A DNA stretch of 63,623 nt, the filler included, from Reticulomyxa filosa (Eukaryota > Protista > Foraminifera), in the NCBI GenBank assembly GCA_000512085.1. It is 20 parts of 20 records of this genome, joined end to end, with 100 filler letters (N's around TTAATTAATTAA, not from the genome) between each part and the next. Parts side by side here need not be neighbours in the genome. Positions count along the whole stretch, not along the records: positions 52,830 to 54,152 come from ASPP01023855.1; positions 54,253 to 55,413 come from ASPP01011947.1; positions 55,514 to 56,738 come from ASPP01013982.1; positions 56,839 to 58,670 come from ASPP01035722.1; positions 58,771 to 60,071 come from ASPP01020216.1; positions 60,172 to 63,623 come from ASPP01024857.1; 14 more parts are not named here. One strand, given 5' to 3'. This document shows, in pieces, positions 53,501-63,623 of the stretch (within the stretch, counting starts at the first letter, position 1; every line of letters starts with the position of its first letter). The position numbers and the translations under genes were made by a program. Below the pieces are notes generated by a model. The model had not been told where the DNA came from. It worked only from the letters and a program-made list of their open reading frames with translations, and made no database searches.

Positions 53501-54260
53501 CTGTTTCTATTGTACGGTCTTTTCCTTAACTTCATCCCCATTCTCAATATCAGCATACACATCCACACTCGCATTCCCATTCTCATTAACAAACTTTCTC
53601 GCATACACATTTTTATCCTAACATGATCTTGCCAAATAATCTGCCAAACAAAGATTTATCCAACTGTGACAACTTTCAGCATCCTGCAGAATTTGTTCCT
53701 TTTTTTTTTTGCACTTGGCGACGATATATTTTGTATGGTAAGTACGTATACACTAGTTGTTTGATTATGATCCAATTTTTTAAAAAAATTATATTTACAC
53801 TTTATGTGTATGTGTGCATGGGCTTTTACAAATAGCGTGATTATTTCCTTTCGTTCGAATGTATCAAAGCGAAAAAAAAAAAGTAAACAAAGATACTTTA
53901 ACCTATACCAACTGACAGGAATCGTTGAAATGAAATACATCACTAAAACAAAACAATAGCTTATGGGTCGGTTACGAATTTTTATGTAGATGAAAGGTGG
54001 GCTTCTTTTTTTAACTTTTTTCTGTTTGAGATTGGAGCTTTGTGTGTGATTTGTTATTACCTTCTTTCTCTTTCTTTCTTTTTTTTGTACGTCGCCTCTT
54101 TTGTGTTTTTTGATATTTCCTTGTCAATTACGGCGTCTTTTGTTTTTTTGGANNNNNNNNNNNNNNNNNNNNNNNNNNNNNNNNNNNNNNNNNNNNTTAA
54201 TTAATTAANNNNNNNNNNNNNNNNNNNNNNNNNNNNNNNNNNNNNNNNNNNNTTTGTAAA

Positions 54261-54292
<32 letters not shown>

Positions 54293-54297
54293 AAAGG

Positions 54298-55413
54298 AGT
54301 CGTTAGCCGATGAAAAAAAAGAAAATGGACGACTCGAAAAAATGGTAGAGGAGCTACAAAGTCTGATAAAAACTTTGAAAAATGAAATTGACGACAACGC
54401 CAAAAAAATGAGGGAAAAAGATACTCGGCTAACTGAATTGCAACAACAACTGCGCGAATTAAGTGAGGACAAAAGCGAAATGCAAACGAATTTGAAGCAC
54501 TTGAATGAACAAGTCGGCAGTGTCACCGAAATTCGATCGAAACTGGACTCGGATTTTGCCAAGTTAAACGAAGATAAAATCCAATTGAAACGTGAGGTAC
54601 GCGAGTGGCAACAAAAATATGAAGTGTTGGAAAAAGAATCCAAAGAGACCATGCAAGTTGAAAAAATGAAATACGACGATACTCACAATAAATTCAATGA
54701 CTTGACAAAGGCACACAAAGATCTCAAATATGATGTCGCTCGAAGAGAGGAGGAAATCCATCGCTTGAAAGCTGACCTTGAACAATTGCAAGAAGATTTG
54801 CAAATCGAATTAAAACAAAAAGAAAATAAAAATAATCAACTTAAAACTATGACACAAGTTTATTTTTATTTTTTTTATTTTTTTAAAAAAAACAATAATT
54901 GAACGTCCCTCCCCCGTCCCCATTTTTTTTTTTGATAATTATTTTTTATAACCACTCTGCAACCAAACATATAGAGGGTGGATAAATTGACCACAAGAAA
55001 TGTCCAATTGCAAGACCGCTTGAAAAAACTGGAAGATCAATTGGACGGTTCAGTGACTCGACAAGAATGGGACATACTGCGCACTGAGTACAACAACTTG
55101 CAGAAAACAGTGGACATAGTGACAGTGGAGAGGGACAAGATCTCAGGCCAGGTGTCGACCCTGGAGCGTGAGAAGAACAAGCTTTTGGAAGAGATTGAGC
55201 AAACAAAAAAAGAATTGAAAGAAAAAAGAGAAGATGTGAGCAAGTTGGAAGCGTATCAAAACTTTTGGCGAAGCCGCGCGAACAGTATTCAAGATGAGCT
55301 GCAAAAGGTGTTACAACAAGGACGACCCGATGGAATTGGATTACCCGCCAAAATGACAAATGGAACTCATCCTCACGTCGTTTCGTTAACAACAACAACA
55401 ACAACAACAACAA
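54298..55413 (+). CDS. Long coiled-coil protein, internal exons (intron about 54858-54977)
   Basis: Two ORFs of continuous heptad E/K/Q/L sequence joined by a GT-AG intron. Confidence 0.7.
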
Positions 55414-55513
55414 NNNNNNNNNNNNNNNNNNNNNNNNNNNNNNNNNNNNNNNNNNNNTTAATTAATTAANNNNNNNNNNNNNNNNNNNNNNNNNNNNNNN
55501 NNNNNNNNNNNNN

Positions 55514-56738
55514 CAAGCCGGCCGTGCAGCTCGGCCTGACGGCCACGCCCAAGCGCAAGGGCAACGTCGACACCTACGCCTATTTCGGCGAGCCGGTTTA
55601 CACCTACTCGCTGAAGGAGGGCATCAACGACGGCTTCCTGACGCCGTTCCGGGTCAAGCAGTTCGCAACCAGCCTGGACGATTACACCTACACGCCCGAC
55701 GACGCCGTGGTGGATGGCGAAGTCGTCCCCGGCAAGCGCTACACCGAGAGCGAGTTCAACAGGGCCATCATCATCCGGGAGCGCGAGGCGCACCGCGTGA
55801 AGCTCTTCATGGAGCTGATCGACCAGAAGCAGAAGACACTGGTCTTCTGCGCCACCCAAGATCATGCGCTGATGGTGCGCGACCTCATCAACCAGGTGAA
55901 GACCAGCACAGACCCCGACTATTGCCACCGCGTGACGGCCAACGACGGCGCGCTCGGCGACCAGTACCTCAAGACTTTCCAGGACAACGAGAAGACGATC
56001 CCGACGATCCTGACCACGTCGCAGAAGCTCTCCACCGGCGTGGATGCCCGCAACATCCGCAACATCGTCCTGATGCGGCCGGTCAATTCCATGATCGAGT
56101 TCAAGCAGATCATCGGACGAGGGACGCGCCTTTACGACGGCAAGGACTATTTCACGATCTATGACTTCGTGAAGGCACATCGATCATTTCAGCGATCCGG
56201 AGTGGGACGGCGAACCCGAGGACCACACGACCGAAAAGCCCAAGGGTTTTGGCGAAGAAAAGGAGCGGTGGCCCACCGACGGGGCAGATGATGACGGCGG
56301 CGACGAGGCCCCGAAGCCCCGGAAGCTGATCGTCAAGCTGGCGGACGGCAAGGAGCGCACGCTTCAGCACATCGTGGCGACAACGTTCTGGAGCCCCGAC
56401 GGCACGCCGATGTCGGCCAAGCAGTTCCTCGAGAGCCTCTACGGCGCGCTGCCGGACCTCTTCAAGGACGAGGACGAGTTGAGAGCCCTGTGGAGCGATC
56501 CGGCCACGCGCCGGAAGCTGCTCGACGGGCTGGGCGAGCGCGGGTTCAGCAAGGACATGCTGGGCGAAATGCAGAGGGTCATCGACGCCGAGAAGAGCGA
56601 CCTGTTCGACGTACTGGCCTACATCGCCTTCGCCCGGCCGCCACTGTCCCGCGAAGATCGGGCGCAGACGGCGCGAGGCGAGATACAGACCGCGTTCGAC
56701 GACAAGCAGCAGGGGTTCCTCGATTTCGTGCTCTCGCA
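55514..56738 (+). CDS. hsdR: Bacterial type I restriction enzyme R subunit, EcoAI/EcoEI-like (partial; one extra base near 56181)
   Basis: GC-rich. Motifs LGLTATPK, YSLKEGINDGFL, KTLVFC, KLSTGVDA, FKQIIGRGTRL and IYDFV. Removing one C restores KAHDHFSDPEWDGEP and leads into the EcoEI_R_C-like SDLFDVLAYIAF. Confidence 0.95.
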
Positions 56739-57649
56739 NNNNNNNNNNNNNNNNNNNNNNNNNNNNNNNNNNNNNNNNNNNNTTAATTAATTAANNNNNN
56801 NNNNNNNNNNNNNNNNNNNNNNNNNNNNNNNNNNNNNNACATTTAAAAATTCTATGTGCACCTTACGTTTTACAAAGGACAACTTCCTTTTTCAAATGTA
56901 AAGAATTATATCAAAGTATGTCATCTACTTTAGTAATAGCATAAACAAAATTATACAATAAACATTGAACACAAGTCTTGCAATCTTTTTCTAATCTAAA
57001 CAAACACAAATTTTAAAAGCTAATAAGTAGTAAATAATGCAACAATTTTCTATGAGTTATCTTTTACGTTCAACGTCTCAAATTATTTGTAAAAAAGCAA
57101 ATAAAAAAGTTAAGAATCTTAAATCTTTAATGATCATGAAAGCAAACGTTTCAACTGCAATCCATTTGGCAATAAAAAAAGCATTACTAAATAAAAATTA
57201 TTTTGGTAAAAAAACTTGAGGAAAACATGAAACAAAAAAAGTAAAATTCGCAGGCACAAAACTTACTATTTTTGTTTCGTGTTTTGTTTAAGTTTTTTTA
57301 CCAAAGTAATTTTTTAACTTAATTTAATCATGCAATTTTAATGTATCAACAAATTTTTGCGCAGTACGTTTTATCTCAAAATCTAACAGTACGCTTAAAC
57401 GAAACTTTCATAAGGTGAAATTTTAAAAAAATGTTCAACAAAACAATGAACAGAATGACATGAAAAAATTAGTTGGATCGAAGATAAAATTTTAAAAAAT
57501 GTTTAATAAACAATAAAAACTAGAAAATTAGAAAATATTGCAAGACTTTTTTGTGGAATTTTTTAAAAAAAGTGACTTGCACAAAGTAATCCAAAGCTAA
57601 CCGAAAATCAACTTCATTATTTTTTTTAACAAGAAAATAACAATAGCAC

Positions 57650-58480
57650 ATGAATATCAGGAAATACGCTTAAAAGAATGTATGCGAGCACGGAAAACCA
57701 TAGTTAAAGATAAAAGTATTGTAAAGATGAAAACATTTCTCAGACAATATAATATCAGACACCCCGAAGAAACCGCAAAAATATTTTTAAAAGCTAGGGT
57801 GACTATCACCGATCTTATTGAATGGAAGAAACAAGGCATCGAGTTATGAATAGATAAAAGAAAAGAAAACACATCGAACAACATACAAATAAAAAAAATG
57901 ATGATTTATGTAAAGCAAAAAGTATCAAAGTGACTAGCAAAGTAGATTTATTAAAAGCATTTAGAACATTCCGGATCACAAGTATATAAAACAATAATGG
58001 AAAAACTAAAACAAAAACAATCACAACAATTTCACAAGTGATTATATTATATTTAAGTAGTCACAGTAAAATGGATAAAATATATGAAAACATTAAGAAA
58101 GTACGATAATGATTGAAATATTACAATGCGAAGTAGTTAACTTGGAAGATAGTTATAATATAGCAAAAAAAACAAATTACAGATACATGCCAATCCATTA
58201 TTTTATTTGTTGAAAAAAATCAACAATATTACTACAAAAAATTGAGAATTATAAAAATGAAAAAAAAGATTTATTAAAACAAAAATTACTACATTTTCAA
58301 TATCTTGAACAAGGATCAAAAAGCATTTGAGAAATTAATATATGTATCAACTACAACAATTATAAGATAATAATAGTTGTCCGTTATATTTTGATGATGG
58401 CACTGAAAGAAAAGTCAACACGAATGTGAACATTCAACCCACAAATGAAAAAGACGTTGAAAAGCTCGTTTAAATGATTG
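57650..58480 (+). pseudogene. Decayed eukaryotic coding remnant of unknown family
   Basis: YQEIRLKECMRARK...MKTFLRQYNIRHPEETAKIFLKARVTITDLIEWKK followed by stop-riddled K-rich sequence. Confidence 0.3.
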
Positions 58481-58837
58481 ATCAATTACTCAAACAATAT
58501 ATATTAGACAACTCAATTTGTGTAATGTAAAAATAAAAGAATAGTCAAAAATTATTTCTAATCAATTTATATCTTGATTTTAAAAACCAATTTAATTATT
58601 ACAATATTCATTTATTACAAATCAAAAATTGTTATCTTTTTTCACAAACTTAAAGAAAACTCTAATTTCANNNNNNNNNNNNNNNNNNNNNNNNNNNNNN
58701 NNNNNNNNNNNNNNTTAATTAATTAANNNNNNNNNNNNNNNNNNNNNNNNNNNNNNNNNNNNNNNNNNNNCGACGTCCACCCCACCTTGAGTAGCACGTG
58801 ACTTTAGAGTCCAATCCACCATGACAAGGAGTTGGAC

Positions 58838-59101
58838 ATGAAGAAACGATTCACCGAAGAACAGATCATCGGCTTCCTGCGCGAAGCAGAAGCCGGCATG
58901 TCAGTCGCCGAGCTGTGCCGCAAGCATGCCTTCTCGGAAGCCAGCTACTACCTCTGGCGCAGCAAGTTTGGTGGCATGAATGTCTCGGAAGCCAAGCGTC
59001 TCAAAGAGCTGGAAGCCGAGAACGCTCGGCTGAAGAAGCTCCTGGCCGAGACCATGCTCGAGAACGAGATCACCAAGGAAGCCCTCCGAAAGAAGTGGTG
59101 A
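58838..59101 (+). CDS. IS3 transposase OrfA (HTH)
   Basis: [20 protein letters not shown]...LCRKH...[11 protein letters not shown]...[14 protein letters not shown], with a GGAG ribosome-binding site upstream. Confidence 0.96.
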   Translation: MKKRFTEEQIIGFLREAEAGMSVAELCRKHAFSEASYYLWRSKFGGMNVSEAKRLKELEAENARLKKLLAETMLENEITKEALRKKW

Positions 59102-59949
59102 GCGCACCGTCACGGCGGGAGCTGGTGCGCCACTTGATGGGCAAGGGGCTGAGTGAACGCCGCTCGTTGCGGGTGGCGGGCATGAGCCCCAGCGCTTTCC
59201 GCTACCAGCCGCGATCAGACCGTAATGCCTCGCTCAAGGAAAAAATCATCACCCTGGCGCAGCGCCACCGGCGCTACGGTGCCGGCATGATTTACCTGAA
59301 ACTGCGGCAGGAAGGTATGCAGGTCAATCACAAGCGCGTGGATCGGCTCTATGCCGAGGCGGGTCTGCAAATTCGTCGGCGCAAGCGCAAGAAAGTGCCG
59401 GTGGCAGACCGTCATCCGCTGGCGCGACCGATGGCGGCCAACCAGGTTTGGTCGATGGACTTCGTGTTCGACCGGACAGCAGAGGGGCGTGTCATCAAGA
59501 GCCTGACGATCGTTGATGACGCTACGCACGAAGCGGTGGCCATTGTGCCGGAACGGGCGATGAGCGGCGTGCACCTGACGCGTGTCCTTGATCAGTTGGC
59601 GCAGACGCGTGGCTTGCCCAAAGCCATCAGGACGGATAACGGCAAGGAGTTCTGCTGCCGTGCGATGCTCACCTGGGCGCACACTCGGGGTGTTCAGCTG
59701 TTCCTCATTGAGCCGGGCAAGCCGAATCAGAACGCTTACATCGAATCGTTCAACGGGCGCTTCCGGGACGAATGCCTGAACGAACACTGGTTTACCAGTC
59801 TGCGCCATGCTCAGGTCGTGATCGAAGCCTGGCGAAGGGAATACAACAACGAAAGGCCCAAGAAAGCGCTGGGTGGTTTGACGCCAGCGGCCTACGCCAA
59901 ATTACTGGCGGAGAAATCAGGTAAATTAGCCTCGGACTCTAAAGCGTAG
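59098..59949 (+). CDS. IS3 transposase OrfB (DDE integrase core)
   Basis: [17 protein letters not shown] and [17 protein letters not shown]. It is in the -1 frame relative to orfA, with a GTGA overlap. Confidence 0.96.
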   Translation: MSAPSRRELVRHLMGKGLSERRSLRVAGMSPSAFRYQPRSDRNASLKEKIITLAQRHRRYGAGMIYLKLRQEGMQVNHKRVDRLYAEAGLQIRRRKRKKVPVADRHPLARPMAANQVWSMDFVFDRTAEGRVIKSLTIVDDATHEAVAIVPERAMSGVHLTRVLDQLAQTRGLPKAIRTDNGKEFCCRAMLTWAHTRGVQLFLIEPGKPNQNAYIESFNGRFRDECLNEHWFTSLRHAQVVIEAWRREYNNERPKKALGGLTPAAYAKLLAEKSGKLASDSKA

Positions 59950-60171
59950 TGCTACTGAGACTGGGGGAACGTCGCGGTCATTCTACCGCACGGACGCAAT
60001 CCATGATTTTTGCAACAAAGCCCGGTCAACCGGAAAGTATCAGCCTGTCGGTAGCAGCTTCCGGTCAACCGNNNNNNNNNNNNNNNNNNNNNNNNNNNNN
60101 NNNNNNNNNNNNNNNTTAATTAATTAANNNNNNNNNNNNNNNNNNNNNNNNNNNNNNNNNNNNNNNNNNNN

Positions 60172-60480
60172 TACAAATGATGAATATTCAACAGCTTTAA
60201 CAAAACCTGAGTGTTTTTTAAATACTTGAATTTGTCTACGAGATCGAATATCTCATAAACGAAAACTTTTATCATTTGATTCAGATAGTATAGTATTTGC
60301 ATCACCACTAATCCTAATTCATTTGATCCATATTTTACACTATTTACTATATATGTATGTCATTTGAATATAACAATTTGTTCGGCTATTTAAATATCCC
60401 ATATTCGAATAGTTTCATCTAATGATTCAGACAAATAGTATATCCATTATCACCAATCATACCAATACTACTTCCATTTA
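60172..60480 (-). pseudogene. WD40-family fragment
   Basis: SESLDETIRIWDI* and LSESNDKSFRL*DIRSR, with stops. Confidence 0.7.
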
Positions 60481-60899
60481 TATACAAATTACTTTGTAAT
60501 CATTATGATAAGGAAATGTATGTTTGCGAATTGATTTTTTTAAACAATTATCATTGAAAGAGTTTGTAAAATTCCTTTTGTATGTTAATTAACAAAAGAA
60601 AAGGTAGCATCGAGATACATTGCAAGAAAAGTGAGAATAGTTCAGTTGAAATTTTTATAAATTTTAATTGGCAATAATGCGAGAATTGCATTCGCAAAAG
60701 CCAAACATAAAAAAAAAAACAACAAATAACAACCACAAATGACAAACACACTTATAATATTTTTTGATGAATAAAAAACGCGTTAGAATGTGAATTCTAG
60801 CCATATATATTTGCGCAATTCGCTTCCGCGTTTTGTACAAAATTGCACACGTGTTTCTTGATAATGGTATTCACTGAAGCAACTGTAGGCCGTATTAAA

Positions 60900-62620
60900 A
60901 ATGCGATTACTGAACCGGTCGGAGACGATGGACATTTGTTAAGGTTTGGACTTCAATTCGCCAATGTGATTGCCTCTGCCATGATTATTATTGGCATTGC
61001 CATCTTGTTAGCACGAGCATTTTCAGTTTGTTGGAAACAGCGGCCACATGCCAAACGGATCAGTGCAATATCGACAGAGAGGCGACAGTAGTCGTAGCAT
61101 TTTGGCCCGCGTTTGAGTCGGTTGCACTTCTTGCGTGAGCACCTGACGAGCCGGTGGTCTGTGACAAAGTAGGTCCTAACAGAACTTTCTCGTGGATGCT
61201 TTTCCAGCAACGTGAGCGCATCATGCACTACCTCTATCTTTGATATTTCCAAGCACGGTGATATCTTCACGAATACAATTGTGGTGTTCGTTCGAATCGC
61301 CGGCTCTGTGTCTTGCGCTTGAAGCTTCGCCAGCACATACATCAACACTTCACGCAAAGTATAGCAATGATCGAACGGAGCATTTTCTTCATTGGAGAAT
61401 TATGTCATTCAACTATACATTTAAAAATCTATTAACCTTCAAATTATTTGTCAAATAAAAATATTATTTATTTATTATACCTTAAAACTGATGATTGATC
61501 CATAAAATCCATTAATAGCACAATTGAAAATATCTTTGGAAATAGTATTGATATCCAAATAATGAATGAACTTGTACAAGGTTTTCAACAGATTGACATG
61601 GATGTCCTTTTCATTGTTTTTGAACAAATTGATGAGAACGGGCTTGAAAATCTTTTCGGACTCTTCTTGTGTTTGCATTTTCGAGATTTTCAAGACGCAA
61701 AACAATATGGATTGATTCTACTCCGAGAAATGTTTCAGCAAATGGCTGATGGTAGGTATGATGTTGTACTTGTACCACTCTGTCGGAAACGACTCAATAT
61801 TTTGGCCAAGCGCTTGTAGAACAAATCATTTTCCTTATTCGACTTCAGCACAATTTCATCCAAAAACTTCGCCGTTCGAACCAACACGAGCGTTCAAAAA
61901 ACAGTAACGATAAAAGATTGTTTGTTGTCAAACGCAGCTGTGCCTTCATTTTTTTTTTTAGATAATTGCAATTTCTTATACGTTCTTCTTTTTCTACATC
62001 ACAACTGCTTGTGTGACTTAAGCGTACTACTTTCAGAGAAAAAAAACAAACTAATTTAAATTGCTTACAAAAAAAAAAAAAGAAAAAAAGACAAAAATAT
62101 AAACTTTTAATTTGAATAACTTTGCGCATTTGAATGAATCATACAATATAAATAGTCCAACTATTTCATTCCAATCTTGCTCGCAACGATAACAAAATTT
62201 TTTATCGAAAAACGATACAATAATTGATCGAATTGCAATGTATCATAGTTGCAATTTTTTCCACCAACACGGAAATATTACTAATTTGCGTCTGTGATGT
62301 GTATGTAACATTTGGAGTTACGTACAGCACATCGCAAATACATGTGAATGCAATTGACACTAATATCTGATCAGCCAGATAATTGAATTATGCACGTTGA
62401 TAGTTTGTAATGAATTATGTTTCACCTCATCGACTTTGGATGCGTCTTTGGAAATATTACGTGTTTGCAATCGCACAACATTAAGCTTTTCATTGTCGCT
62501 TGCGTTCGTTTCTGTGTATCATCCATAACCGTTCCATTGCATTGACGAAATACGTGCCGTTCCTCCTAATGATTTATTGTGTTGGCCCCTTCATTCACCT
62601 TTTCTCTGTAGAGGTGGATA
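60900..62620 (-). pseudogene. SCYL1: SCYL1/Cex1-like pseudokinase-HEAT gene, decayed
   Basis: EESEKIFKPVLINLFKNNEKDIHVNLLKTLYKFIHYLDINTISKDIFNCAINGF and LAKLQAQDTEPAIRTNTTIVFVKISPCL match SCYL1 HEAT repeats. The flanking parts are frameshifted. Confidence 0.75.
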
Positions 62621-63623
62621 CGTCTTGTTTCTTTGCGTAAGTTGGTCCATGTTGATGCATCTTTTCTTTCTTTTTTTTCTTCTTTCTCTCACTCCAAACC
62701 GAGTAAAACACTTCATAGCGAAAGGATCTAGGTTCACATTGCTTTAATTAAAACATATTACAACCACTGAACATATGACACAAAGAATAAATATACAAAC
62801 CAAACTTCAAATATAACTGCTTTCCTTCGCACCTGATCGAAGTTTGCCATTTTGTTGTTTTTTTTTGCCTTTTTTTTTCCACAGCTATCGGTAAAGATAT
62901 TTTTCTTGGACTGTGTGTACTAATCCTTGGACTTATCACTAAGTGATCCCTTTATTGCACAATACATTTATCCGATAATAATATCAACGCGTTGGTAACC
63001 ATATTAATAATTTGGCTGATCACGTCCAATGCTTGGATTATCTGTGGCAACACAGCTCGGGGACAATGCAATTTGAGCATAGCTATTGTTGAAAGAGCTC
63101 AAGTGCCCATCAACAGTAACAATAACTTCTGTTGACGAGGATAAAAGGCATTTAATGCTTCCGCGCACCACCTACATTTGCAAATGGAATACATTATATA
63201 CATGTATATACATATAATACAAATGTTGCTTTGGACAAGTTGTTAATAATCTTTAAGCTTTGACTTGCTCGATGTTTCATTTGGACCAAAAACCTTTGGG
63301 CTGTCTAATTATATCACATCTACATTTACATGATAATGATAATACACAACTTGGAGATTATTATTATTATGGTAGGAGGATGGTGAAGTCGAAAAAAGAG
63401 TAAAGACGATCCTCCATTGAGTTCTTGTCTCGAATTCACTTGAGCTTGTTATATATACGTCCATACATACTTGATTTTTCTGTACATATCGACGACAGCC
63501 ACGACAATATCAGTTCCATCTCCTTTTTGATGACGACATTTTGAATGTGGACGCTGATTTTGTTTTAATGCTTGGAGAATGCTAAAGATTATTCCCAAAA
63601 GTACAGCCGACTAATGCCCATGA

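Larger units (their letters stand above)
58771..59974 (+). mobile_element. Complete IS3-family (IS407-group-like) insertion sequence, about 1204 bp
   Basis: Imperfect inverted repeats of about 41 bp: CGACGTCCACCCCACCTTGAGTAGCAC...CTTTAGAGTCC on the left and GGACTCTAAAG...GTGCTACTGAGACTGGGGGAACGTCG on the right. They enclose orfA and orfB. Confidence 0.96.

Noticed and set aside
55458-56180. 240-aa antisense ORF opposite hsdR (also 59215-59808 opposite IS3 orfB)
   Set aside because: These are typical stop-poor antisense frames of high-GC genes, with no independent motif.
45510-60071. A bacterial island or horizontal transfer block (virB6-like, hsdR, IS elements) inside a eukaryotic chromosome
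   Set aside because: Each bacterial piece is its own contig bounded by linkers, with different GC content. There is no physical linkage, so no operon or defence island can be inferred.
3354-60171. Regularly recurring TTAATTAATTAA palindrome as a biological repeat or CRISPR-like array
   Set aside because: It is always embedded in exactly 44+44 N and is a six-frame stop linker added when contigs were concatenated.
1-63623. rRNA, tRNA or CRISPR arrays
   Set aside because: I saw no conserved rRNA motifs, cloverleaf candidates or repeat-spacer periodicity by eye. A tRNAscan-SE/Infernal run would be needed to exclude small RNAs.

Overview
This window is not one continuous locus. It is about 20 short contigs joined by an artificial 100-bp linker (N44-TTAATTAATTAA-N44). 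Most contigs are AT-rich, intron-containing eukaryotic DNA with homopolymer and microsatellite tracts, an expanded WD40 family carrying a conserved 'IIxxWxRIxxIxLGWIxDFxxIIxKY' N-terminal exon, and many decayed gene copies. This pattern resembles the foraminiferan Reticulomyxa filosa; that is an inference from memory of its gene families, not a search result. Apparently intact eukaryotic genes include an OTU-like + RING protein, a nucleoside hydrolase, a rhodanese, a WD40 protein, a C2H2 zinc-finger protein, an N-acylated CML21/22-like EF-hand protein, a cytosolic-type malate dehydrogenase with a PTS2-like leader, and a bHLH-ZIP exon. Partial genes include a divergent DEAD-box-like gene and a TraB-like gene. 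Pseudogenes include actin, a CLK/LAMMER kinase, SCYL1, GNB1L/ASA1-like, a HECTD1-type discoidin-like repeat gene and several WD40 copies. Three contigs are bacterial: (1) an AT-rich Rickettsiales-like fragment with a broken virB6-like gene between an IS1595 end and an IS5/ISL2 end, (2) a GC-rich type I restriction hsdR fragment, and (3) a complete IS3-family element with unusual CG termini. I found no clear multi-gene novel system. The best leads are single-gene oddities and the endosymbiont-like contig.
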